A stretch of DNA of 64,000 nt, taken from an uncultured Bacillota bacterium (GTDB lineage: Bacteria; Bacillota_I; Bacilli_A; RFN20; CAG-288). The notes below the pieces were generated by a model. It saw only the letters and a program-made list of their open reading frames with translations, did not search any database and was not told where the DNA came from. The stretch is from NCBI GenBank assembly GCA_949300365.1, contig CASGEC010000003.1, positions 53,585 to 117,584 on the forward strand. The letters are read 5' to 3'. The translations under genes and the position numbers were made by a program. This document shows positions 37,030 to 45,323 of the stretch, in pieces; the first letter of the stretch is position 1; each line of letters starts with the position of its first letter.

Positions 37030-38175
37030 TCAGTCGAGCTTAGGAAGATACTGGTTGGGATCGTTCTTCTTGATGGTCTCGTAGACCTGGGCGAAGAGGG
37101 CCTTTTCCTTTTCGACCCGAGGGGAGGAAGGAAGTCGCTTCGTCAGCTTGCGGTAATCCTTGAAGAGGCTATCGAGAAGTTCCTTGTCCCGGGCGATGAA
37201 GGCGCAGACGATGAGGGCGACGCGATAGTCGGCAAGGTAGTAAGGGGTCCGGATTTGCTTGCGGTAGTCGCTCTTGACGTTGAGGAAGATGCGATTGGCG
37301 CCATCCAAATCCCCGGTCAGGAAGCGGAGATAGACGTTTTCCTTGTCGGCGAAGTATTTCTTGTCGTCGGGCATGTCCTTGTCGAGGTACTTGATCGTGG
37401 AGAGGGTTCCGACGGCCTTTTCCAGTTCATTGGCATAGAGCTGGCTGAGAAAGAGATAGGGAAGCGTCTGGACCTTGTAGTAGGAATCATAGTCGCTGAA
37501 GGAGGGAACGAGGAAGTCATCGCCGGCGAATTCACGAAGCTCGTTGATCTTGACGATGTTGTAGGCCTTCCTGTCATCCGGCTTAGCGGTCATGAGGATG
37601 TTATACATGTCGTTAGCATAGTCCTGGCGGAAGGGCATCAGTTCATAAAGGGGAATGATGAAGCCATAGAGGAGGGCGGTCAGGGCTGCAGAGCCGATGA
37701 GGCTTGTCTGTCCAAGGCCGAAGAAGAGACCAAAGCCGACGGCAAGAAGGACGATCTCGAATGCAAAGCCGCCGAGGAAGGTCAATAGCGGATTGCGGTC
37801 CAGCTTGTCATCGACCGGGGCGAAGGAGAGACCGACGTCCAGAAGGGAAAGGACATCGAAGCGGAACTTCAGCTTGCCCTCGAACTTCTCGCCGATAAGG
37901 CCAAAGCACTTGACGTAGCTGACCTGATAGCCGGCAATGCGGGCGAAGAGGATCTTTCCGGCATTGTAGACAAGGAAGGTGAGGGCAAGGCCGATGATGA
38001 GGGTGAGGAAGACATAGGCATAGGCATTGGCCGTGCCCGAAAGGTTGGAGAGGAGGGACTGCTGGAGAAAATACATACCGATGAGATAGCCCAGATAGAC
38101 AACGAGAAGGGGCCAGGAAGCGTTCATGTCCAGAAGAGTCTTCTTGGCTTGTCCCGAATTGTTCTTTTCGACCAT
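37030..38175 (-). CDS. Membrane protein, M50-peptidase-like without HExxH
   Basis: VYNAGKILFARIAGY aligns by eye with M50 'HELGH..FG...GY'; LGG; ELMPF...NDMYN; helical C-terminal domain. Confidence 0.6.
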   Translation of the reverse strand: MVEKNNSGQAKKTLLDMNASWPLLVVYLGYLIGMYFLQQSLLSNLSGTANAYAYVFLTLIIGLALTFLVYNAGKILFARIAGYQVSYVKCFGLIGEKFEGKLKFRFDVLSLLDVGLSFAPVDDKLDRNPLLTFLGGFAFEIVLLAVGFGLFFGLGQTSLIGSAALTALLYGFIIPLYELMPFRQDYANDMYNILMTAKPDDRKAYNIVKINELREFAGDDFLVPSFSDYDSYYKVQTLPYLFLSQLYANELEKAVGTLSTIKYLDKDMPDDKKYFADKENVYLRFLTGDLDGANRIFLNVKSDYRKQIRTPYYLADYRVALIVCAFIARDKELLDSLFKDYRKLTKRLPSSPRVEKEKALFAQVYETIKKNDPNQYLPKLD

Positions 38176-38213
38176 TTGTTACCTCCAAAAGCACACGGGC
38201 TTATTATATATCA

Positions 38214-39314
38214 TCACTCTTCTATCTTCAGTCGATTTTCCGCGTCCTGGACATCCTTGGGATCCACGTCGAAGTCCAATTCCTCGAAATCATGGGCGAT
38301 CGGCAGGGACAGAAGCCAAGCATCCACAAGATCGATGGCCTCATCGACGCTCGCACACTTCGGATCGAAGACCGCCTTGCCAAGCTGAAGGATTTTCTCC
38401 CCCAGGAGAGCCTTGTTTGTTTTCAGGAAGGGAAGGATCAATAAGGCAATCCCCTGGCCGTGGGCCAACTTGGGGTACTTTCCCGAAAGGCGGTGCTCGG
38501 CCTGATGGATGCGGAAGAACTTCTTCTTCCCGAAGTTGGTAATGCCGTTATGGGAAAGGCTTCCCAAAAGCATCATCGCCCGTCTTCCCTCCTCGGGATT
38601 CTTCTTTTCCAGGAGAACGAAGTGGGACGCCTTGACGATATCGGCCATGACCGACAAAGCCAAACCATCGCAGGGTTCCAGAAGGGAACTGGGGGAGAAG
38701 TAGCGCTCGAAGGAGTGGGAGAACATGTCGACAAGGCCGATCGCCGTCTGGCAGCTACCGACCGTCTCCATCAAGGTCGGATCCAGAAGGGAGAAGGTCG
38801 GATAGTTGCTGACATCGTTGAAACCGCCCTTGAAGCCCGTGGAGCGATCGGAGATGACGCAGGAATCCGACATTTCCGATCCGGAAGCCGCCAAGGTCAG
38901 GACAACGCCCAGCTTCAAGGAGTGCAAGGGACGGACGCCCTTCTTGAAGAAGTCCAGAGGATTGCCGTCATAGTAATAGCCATGGGCAATCAGCTTCGAG
39001 CAGTCGATGACGCTCCCACCCCCGCAGGCAAGGATGAAGTCCGGCTTATAAAGACGAGCCTGTTCGATTGCCTTCCGGGCATCGGAAACATCCGGATTGG
39101 CACAGATTCCGGAATAGGTCTCGTATTCGATGCCGTTGTCCTTCAGGGATTTGGCGATGGTATCGAAATAGAAATTGCTGACCAGGGAATGACTACCAAA
39201 AACGACGAGAACCTTGTGGCAGGAATAATCCTCCCGCAGGATCTTTCCGATAAGGGAAAGACCACCCTTCCGATAGTAGATTCTCGTCGGGCATTGAAAC
39301 GTGAAGCTCTCCAT
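38214..39314 (-). CDS. Iron-containing alcohol dehydrogenase (Bdh/YqhD-like)
   Basis: GGGSVIDCSK, LTLAASGSE, DMFSHSFERY, HGQGIA. Confidence 0.9.
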   Translation of the reverse strand: MESFTFQCPTRIYYRKGGLSLIGKILREDYSCHKVLVVFGSHSLVSNFYFDTIAKSLKDNGIEYETYSGICANPDVSDARKAIEQARLYKPDFILACGGGSVIDCSKLIAHGYYYDGNPLDFFKKGVRPLHSLKLGVVLTLAASGSEMSDSCVISDRSTGFKGGFNDVSNYPTFSLLDPTLMETVGSCQTAIGLVDMFSHSFERYFSPSSLLEPCDGLALSVMADIVKASHFVLLEKKNPEEGRRAMMLLGSLSHNGITNFGKKKFFRIHQAEHRLSGKYPKLAHGQGIALLILPFLKTNKALLGEKILQLGKAVFDPKCASVDEAIDLVDAWLLSLPIAHDFEELDFDVDPKDVQDAENRLKIEE

Positions 39315-39359
39315 CCATCTATCCTCCGATGGAGGGATTATAGCAGAAACAGAGGCTTT

Positions 39360-39902
39360 TTAGCGGCTGAAGCGAAGGATGCAGTTGCGCATGTCCTCGC
39401 TTGTTCCCAGCATGGCCTTGCAATAGGCGATGCGCTTATCCTTGGTCGGGACGTGCTCGGTCTCGACATACATTCTCGCTTCCTCAAGAATGCCGGCGGC
39501 ATAGAAGGAAACGACCGCCTCCTTCTGCTCGGCATAGAGGGTGAGGTATTCGGAGATGTTGTGGGAAAGGGTATTGTCCAGGACCTTCTTGGCATAGGCA
39601 TAAAGGCCGTTCCAGAAGAGTTCCTTGGAAGTGTTGTCGGAATTGCAGTTCTGGATGAACGCCTCGTTGCGATCGAAGTAGTTGAAGATATCGCTGACAA
39701 GATACTCGTCGCTGATCTCGCTCTTGAAGGAATCCTTAAGATAATAGGCAAAGCATTCCTCGATGGAGTCGAAATAGTAATAGAAGCTCTGGCGCGAGCA
39801 CTTCATCGTCTTGCAGATGTCGGAAATGGACACTCTCGACAAAGTCGTCTGCCGCATCTCGTTTCTCAGCTCCGTCGCAAACTCGTGTTTTCTTTTGTTC
39901 AT
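39360..39902 (-). CDS. TetR/AcrR-family transcriptional regulator
   Basis: VSISDICKTMKCSRQSFYYYF helix-turn-helix; FYAAG in the C-terminal domain. Confidence 0.85.
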   Translation of the reverse strand: MNKRKHEFATELRNEMRQTTLSRVSISDICKTMKCSRQSFYYYFDSIEECFAYYLKDSFKSEISDEYLVSDIFNYFDRNEAFIQNCNSDNTSKELFWNGLYAYAKKVLDNTLSHNISEYLTLYAEQKEAVVSFYAAGILEEARMYVETEHVPTKDKRIAYCKAMLGTSEDMRNCILRFSR

Positions 39903-40341
39903 TCTTTCCTCCGTGGGTTGAAGGGGAGTCCCTGATACGACTCGACTCGATGAGGTTGAATCATGTCCCTTCCTGACAATAATTTATAACGTTTATTTGA
40001 CAAAGTAAATATCGATTTTCATGGCTTATAAAGTTTTTCTGTCCTTTGCATATTTTCGCCCTTCCGCATAATTAATTTTGTATAGGTTTTGGCTTAATTT
40101 TTGGCTTCTGGCGTCAAAAAAGCCTATCGAAAATTGGAAATCCCTTTCCTCATTTTGCCTCTTTGTGGGTGAAAAAAGCGTCCGATTTCCCACAGATGGT
40201 GCGAAAGGCAACGGATATGCTCGATAGCAGGCTTTCTTCCTACTATCAATAAAGCCCTTTCTTATTTTTTGTTCACCGACATTGCATTTATGCTACAATA
40301 GCCGCAGGGAAATTCCCTTTTTAATGAGAAAGGAAGGAGAA

Positions 40342-43080
40342 ATGAGCACAAAGAAGACCCCGACTGCCAAAAAGACGGCAGCCAAGAAGACAGTTGCCAA
40401 GAAGACGACAGCCAAGAAGCAGTACGTCTATGCCTTCAAGGATGCCTACGGCTTGGGCAAGCCTCTGCTCGGAGGCAAAGGTGCCGGCCTTGCCGAAATG
40501 ACGCACATCGGCATCCGCATCCCCGATGGCTTCACCATCACGACCGAAGCTTGCACGCTTTATTACGATTCCGGTAGGTCGATTACCCCGGATCTCGAGA
40601 AGGAAATCGTCGCCGGCGTCAAGGCTCTTGAGGCGAGAACCGGAAAGACCTTCGGAAAGGGACCGAATCCCCTCCTTGTTTCCGTCCGTTCTGGCGCCCG
40701 TGTCTCCATGCCTGGCATGATGGACACCATCCTCAACCTCGGTCTGAACGACGAGACGGTCGAGGCCCTTGCCAAGAAGGCCAACAACCCTCGCTTTGCC
40801 TATGACTGCTATCGCCGCTTCATCGTCATGTTCACCAACGTCGCCCGCGGTATTGCCCGTGACGACATGGAAGCGATGCTTGACGAGATCAAGACGAGAC
40901 TGCATCTTGCCAACGATTGCGACATTCCTGTCGAGGAGCTCAAGGAACTCGTCAAGAAGTACAAGGCCTACTACAAGTCTAAGTTCAACGAGGACTTCCC
41001 CAGCAACCCGATCGATCAGCTGATGACCGCCGTCAAGGCCGTCTTCCACTCCTGGGATAACGACAGAGCCAACCTCTATCGTCAGATGAACAACATCCCC
41101 TATTCTTGGGGAACCGCCGTCAACGTCCAGATGATGGCCTTCGGAAACACCGGCGAGAATTCCGGAACGGGCGTCGGCTTCACCAGAAACCCGACGAACG
41201 GAAAGAACGAGATCTTTGCCGAATACCTCATCAACGCCCAGGGCGAGGATGTCGTTGCCGGTATCCGTACGCCTCTCCACATCGATGCCCTCAAGAAGCA
41301 GCAGCCGCACATCTACGATCAGCTCGTCAAGTCTGCCAAGAAGCTTGAAAAGCATTATAAGGATATGCAGGATTTCGAGTTCACCGTCGAAGACGGCGTT
41401 CTCTACTTCCTCCAGACCCGTAACGGAAAGAGAACCGGAACGGCTGCCCTCCAGATCGCTGCCGACCTTGTCAAGGAAGGCCTCATCAACGAGCAGGAAG
41501 CCCTTCTGAGAGTCGATCCGCGTTCCCTCGATCAGGTTCTCCATCCGACCTTCGTCGCCAGCAGCCTGAAGAAGGCTGTCGTCATTGCCCACGGCAATCC
41601 GGCTTCCCCGGGTGCTGCTGTCGGTGGCGTTGTCTTCACTGCCCAGGATGCCAAGGAGAAGCTTGCCAAGGACAAGAAGGCCAAGATGATCCTTGTCCGC
41701 GCCGAGACCTCTCCGGACGATCTCGATGGTATGGTCTCCGCCACGGGTATTCTGACGATGAGAGGTGGCATGACTTCCCACGCCGCTGTCGTTGCCCGTC
41801 AGATCGGTAAGTGCTGCATCACCGGATGCTCCGCTGCCGTCATCGACGAAGCCAACAAGACCATGACCATCAACGGCAAGACCTATCATGAGGGAGATGT
41901 CATCTCCATCAACGGATCGACCGGCGAAGTCTATGATGGTGCCGTCGAAACCGAAGAGCCGTCCCTTGGCGGAAACTTCGGCAAGATCCTCAAGTGGGCC
42001 GACAAGTATGCCAAGATGCACGTCTATGCCAACGCCGATTCTCCGGAAGAAGCCCTCAAGGCCGTCGAATTCGGTGCCAAGGGCATCGGCCTCTGCCGCA
42101 CGGAGCATATGTTCCGCGGTGGCGATCGTCTCATTGCCATGCAGAAGATGATCCTTGCCGATACCACCGAAGAGAGAGTCAAGTGGCTCAACGAGCTGGA
42201 GCCCTATCAGGAAGATGATTTCTACAACATGTACCTCGCCCTCGGCGGAGTCAACATCAACGTCCGTCTCCTCGATCCCCCGCTTGATGAATACCTCCCC
42301 AGAAAGGAAGAGGACATCGCCGAACTTGCCAGACTGACCGACAAGCCGGTCGAGAAGGTCAAGGCCCGTATCAACGAGCTCCATATGACCAACCCGATGA
42401 TGGGTCTCCGTGGCTGCCGTCTGGATGTCGTCTATCCGGAAATCGGAAAGATGCAGGCCACTGCCGTCATCAAGGCTGCCCTCCGTGCCGAGGAAGAGCT
42501 CTACAAGAGGAACGGCAAGAAGGTCCACATCGTCGCTTCCATCATGGTTCCTCAGGTCGTCGAGGCCAAGGAGCTCAAGTACGTCAAGAAGCTCATCACC
42601 GAAGTCGCCGACAAGCTCATTGCCGACAGCGCCTTCGACAACAAGATGAAGTACCATGTCGGTACCATGATCGAGACCCCGAGATCCACGATCACGGCCG
42701 GCGAGCTTGCTCCTGAGGTTGCTTACTTCTCCTACGGAACAAACGACCTCACCCAGTTCACCTACGGCTTCTCCAGAAACGACTACTCCTCCTTCGTCAC
42801 CCACTACATCGACAAGAAGATCCTCGACTTCGATCCGTTCAAGACCGTTGATACGGTCGGTGTCGGAAGACTTGTCGCCCTCTCCATCAAGGAAGGAAAG
42901 GAAGCCAATCCGGACCTCCATTGCGGAATTTGCGGCGAAGTCGGTGGCGATCCCGAGTCCATCGAGTTCTTCTATGGAGCCGGTGCCGACTACGTCTCCT
43001 GCTCTCCGTTCCGTGTCCCTGGTGCCAGACTGGCTGCCGCTCAGGCTGTCATCAAGGCCGAAGGAAAGTACAAGTACTAA
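40342..43080 (+). CDS. ppdK: Pyruvate, phosphate dikinase
   Basis: LLGGKGA, VSVRSGA, GEDVVAG, GGMTSHAAVVAR, CRTEHMF, GTNDLTQ; AGGAG RBS. Confidence 0.97.
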   Translation: MSTKKTPTAKKTAAKKTVAKKTTAKKQYVYAFKDAYGLGKPLLGGKGAGLAEMTHIGIRIPDGFTITTEACTLYYDSGRSITPDLEKEIVAGVKALEARTGKTFGKGPNPLLVSVRSGARVSMPGMMDTILNLGLNDETVEALAKKANNPRFAYDCYRRFIVMFTNVARGIARDDMEAMLDEIKTRLHLANDCDIPVEELKELVKKYKAYYKSKFNEDFPSNPIDQLMTAVKAVFHSWDNDRANLYRQMNNIPYSWGTAVNVQMMAFGNTGENSGTGVGFTRNPTNGKNEIFAEYLINAQGEDVVAGIRTPLHIDALKKQQPHIYDQLVKSAKKLEKHYKDMQDFEFTVEDGVLYFLQTRNGKRTGTAALQIAADLVKEGLINEQEALLRVDPRSLDQVLHPTFVASSLKKAVVIAHGNPASPGAAVGGVVFTAQDAKEKLAKDKKAKMILVRAETSPDDLDGMVSATGILTMRGGMTSHAAVVARQIGKCCITGCSAAVIDEANKTMTINGKTYHEGDVISINGSTGEVYDGAVETEEPSLGGNFGKILKWADKYAKMHVYANADSPEEALKAVEFGAKGIGLCRTEHMFRGGDRLIAMQKMILADTTEERVKWLNELEPYQEDDFYNMYLALGGVNINVRLLDPPLDEYLPRKEEDIAELARLTDKPVEKVKARINELHMTNPMMGLRGCRLDVVYPEIGKMQATAVIKAALRAEEELYKRNGKKVHIVASIMVPQVVEAKELKYVKKLITEVADKLIADSAFDNKMKYHVGTMIETPRSTITAGELAPEVAYFSYGTNDLTQFTYGFSRNDYSSFVTHYIDKKILDFDPFKTVDTVGVGRLVALSIKEGKEANPDLHCGICGEVGGDPESIEFFYGAGADYVSCSPFRVPGARLAAAQAVIKAEGKYKY
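40366..40419 (+). repeat. 15-bp tandem repeat encoding AKKTx
   Basis: GCCAA(A/G)AAG units start at 40366, 40381, 40396 and 40411. Confidence 0.8.
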
Positions 43081-43093
43081 AGCCTATCGTTCG

Positions 43094-43127
43094 AAAAGGG
43101 TTCGTCCGCAAGGGTGGGCCCTTTTTT
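43094..43127 (+). terminator. ppdK terminator
   Basis: AAAAGGGTTCGTCC-GCAA-GGGTGGGCCCTTTTTT. Confidence 0.8.
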
Positions 43128-43179
43128 GATTTCCTTTGTTCCGTTTCTGCTAAAATAAGGAGGACAAAGGAGGCCAACC

Positions 43180-43665
43180 ATGGCCAAAGACAAGAAAACA
43201 ACCAAGGATTCGAAGCTGTCCGTCATCGCCCTCATCCTGACGTTCCTGGGTTTTGGTGTTTTTGCGGCAGGCATTGTCCTGTCTTCCATTTTCGAACGTT
43301 CCCTGATCGCCATCATTCCCGTCGGTTTCTTCCTCTTCTTCCTCGGCATCATTTTGAATAGCGTGGCAGCCAGAAAGGCAGCATCGAAAAACAATTCCGG
43401 CAGACCTGTCGGCGATGGTGGCGGCTATATTTCCCAAGACGAAGGCTATACGCCGGAAGGAACCATCAACGATGATCGCAACAGGAGATTCCAGGCCGCG
43501 ATCGTCTGTCCCAAGTGCGGGCATATCAACAATCCCGGAAGCCGCTTTTGCGACCAGTGCGGAACGGCTTTGACGAAGGTCTGCCCGAAGTGCGGTGCCG
43601 AAAACGATCCCACGAACGTCTATTGCGCCAAGTGCGGACAGAGGCTCGATGAAAAAGTGGACTGA
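43180..43665 (+). CDS. Membrane protein with double zinc ribbon
   Basis: Two TMs; CPKCG/CDQCG/CPKCG/CAKCG. Confidence 0.85.
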   Translation: MAKDKKTTKDSKLSVIALILTFLGFGVFAAGIVLSSIFERSLIAIIPVGFFLFFLGIILNSVAARKAASKNNSGRPVGDGGGYISQDEGYTPEGTINDDRNRRFQAAIVCPKCGHINNPGSRFCDQCGTALTKVCPKCGAENDPTNVYCAKCGQRLDEKVD

Positions 43666-43954
43666 CTGGAAGGCTTTCCTCGGCTGGAAGTCGTTGCTCT
43701 CCCTTGTTGCCGTCTTGGTTTTCCAGATCAGCGCCATCCTCTCTGGCTTTGCCTTGCGGGAGAACGGCCTCTTTCTTATCGCCGCCCTTCTTCCCCTCCA
43801 TGTCCTGGAGATCCTATCCTTGGCCTATCTCATCCTCAACATCGTCCTTCTGACAAAGGAAAAGCCGCGCCTTTCTTTCTTCCGCTATCTCATTGTCCTC
43901 TTTTTCCTTTCGCTTGCGATTCTCTGCTATCTGGAAGCCTACCTTATCCTATAG
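43649..43954 (+). CDS. Small hypothetical membrane protein
   Basis: Three hydrophobic helices; overlaps the upstream stop. Confidence 0.55.
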   Translation: MKKWTDWKAFLGWKSLLSLVAVLVFQISAILSGFALRENGLFLIAALLPLHVLEILSLAYLILNIVLLTKEKPRLSFFRYLIVLFFLSLAILCYLEAYLIL

Positions 43955-44797
43955 GACCATCAGGAAGGGATTGGAAAGGTTCTTTCCCTTGTAGAGCTTC
44001 GTATAGATGCGCGGCGGGATCTGATAGGTCTTTTCGATTTCCGGGCGGCAGACGATCGAGACGGGATAGAGAAGGACATGGAAGACGATCGCCTCGATAG
44101 GAAGGACGACTAGGCTTCCCAGAAGCTGGGAGATGAAGGAGACCTCATAGGGGATTCCATAAAGAAGGAAAAGCCATACGGGAGCGATAAAGGGCCTGAG
44201 GAAAAGATCCCTGGAATAATAGGCAAGGAAGCAGTCCAGAAGGGAGAAGGACTGCTTTTTGATTCCTTTCTTGAGCTTCCTGTCGACAAGGTAGCAGACA
44301 AGAAGGATCGCCATGGCGACAACGCCATAAAGAAGCGGGGCAAGAATCCGCCACACAAGAGGCAGGGTGATCTTAAGAGAGCCGATCTTCAAATTCTCCA
44401 CGAATGGAATCGACAAAGCCAGGCCCAAGGAGGAGAGAAGGACGATGATACCCCCGAACAGGAAAAGACGGCCGTTCCTTCCTTTCGCATAGCGCATCGC
44501 AAGGCCCGGAATCAATCCCAGAAGGGCACTATCGATCGTAAACCCCGGGAAGAAGGGACCAACAGGAAAGACAAGGGCCGTGATCAGATCCGAACCTCCG
44601 CCGCAGAGGGCGCCATAGAAAGGGCCACACACCAAAGAGCAGACCATGATAGGAATGGTCTGGAACCCGATTTCGACAAGCGGTGTCCCGCCGACATAGA
44701 TGTATGTGGAGAGAAACCGGGAAAGGATGATGGATAGGGCCATCAGGATCGCCGTCATGCTGACTTTGACAAGGCCATCGTTTCTGCGTCTGTTCAT
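43949..44797 (-). CDS. folT: Folate-family ECF transporter S component
   Basis: ALSIILSRF, GPFYG, D.I...FP.GPFFPGFT. Confidence 0.8.
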   Translation of the reverse strand: MNRRRNDGLVKVSMTAILMALSIILSRFLSTYIYVGGTPLVEIGFQTIPIMVCSLVCGPFYGALCGGGSDLITALVFPVGPFFPGFTIDSALLGLIPGLAMRYAKGRNGRLFLFGGIIVLLSSLGLALSIPFVENLKIGSLKITLPLVWRILAPLLYGVVAMAILLVCYLVDRKLKKGIKKQSFSLLDCFLAYYSRDLFLRPFIAPVWLFLLYGIPYEVSFISQLLGSLVVLPIEAIVFHVLLYPVSIVCRPEIEKTYQIPPRIYTKLYKGKNLSNPFLMVL

Positions 44798-44834
44798 ACT
44801 GGAAAGATTATAGGCTCCCGGAAAGAAAAAGGGG

Positions 44835-45314
44835 TCAGAAGACCCACTTTCCCTTCATGGCCTTGGCCATGTTCCTTTCATCCTCACGCTTCTTGATCGT
44901 CTCCCTCTTGTCGTAGTTCTTCTTTCCCTTTCCCAGGGCGATCTGGATCTTGGCAAGGCCGCGCTTGATATAGCAGCGGACGGGGATGATGGTATAGCCT
45001 TCCCTATCGACCGCCTGGACAAGCTTCAGGATCTCGCTCTTGTGGAGAAGGAGCTTTCTTGTCCTTGTGGGCTCATGGGAAAAGACCTTGTTGTTTCCCT
45101 GGTAAAGCGGAATGTTCATGTTCAACAGAAAGGCCTCTCCCCGGCGGATGGTGACGTAGCTGTCGTCAAGGGAGCAGTGTCCGGCGCGCAAGGCCTTGAT
45201 CTCGGAACCGACAAGCTCGATTCCGCATTCCTGGAAATCGGAGAGGAAATAGTTGAAGCGCGCCTTGCGGTTTGTCGCGATAAGGATCTCGTCCTGAAAC
45301 TTCCCGTCCTTCAT
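44835..45314 (-). CDS. smpB: SsrA-binding protein
   Basis: NRKARFNY, GSEIKALR, RKLLLHK, DKRETIK. Confidence 0.97.
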   Translation of the reverse strand: MKDGKFQDEILIATNRKARFNYFLSDFQECGIELVGSEIKALRAGHCSLDDSYVTIRRGEAFLLNMNIPLYQGNNKVFSHEPTRTRKLLLHKSEILKLVQAVDREGYTIIPVRCYIKRGLAKIQIALGKGKKNYDKRETIKKREDERNMAKAMKGKWVF

Positions 45315-45323
45315 GAAGTCCTC

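Noticed and set aside
36706-37788. 360-aa + strand ORF starting with GKST
   Set aside because: Only the first ~60 codons are ABC-like; the rest is the antisense shadow of the 37030-38175 gene.
40321-42921. 866-aa antisense ORF over ppdK, and similar long antisense ORFs (18385-20265, 19796-21634, 27548-29527, 45042-46877, 62686-63471)
   Set aside because: Shadow frames caused by strong codon bias on the sense strand; they lie opposite clear conserved genes and show no protein motifs.
44798-44834. THF riboswitch expected upstream of folT
   Set aside because: Only 37 bp separate folT from smpB, too short for the aptamer.
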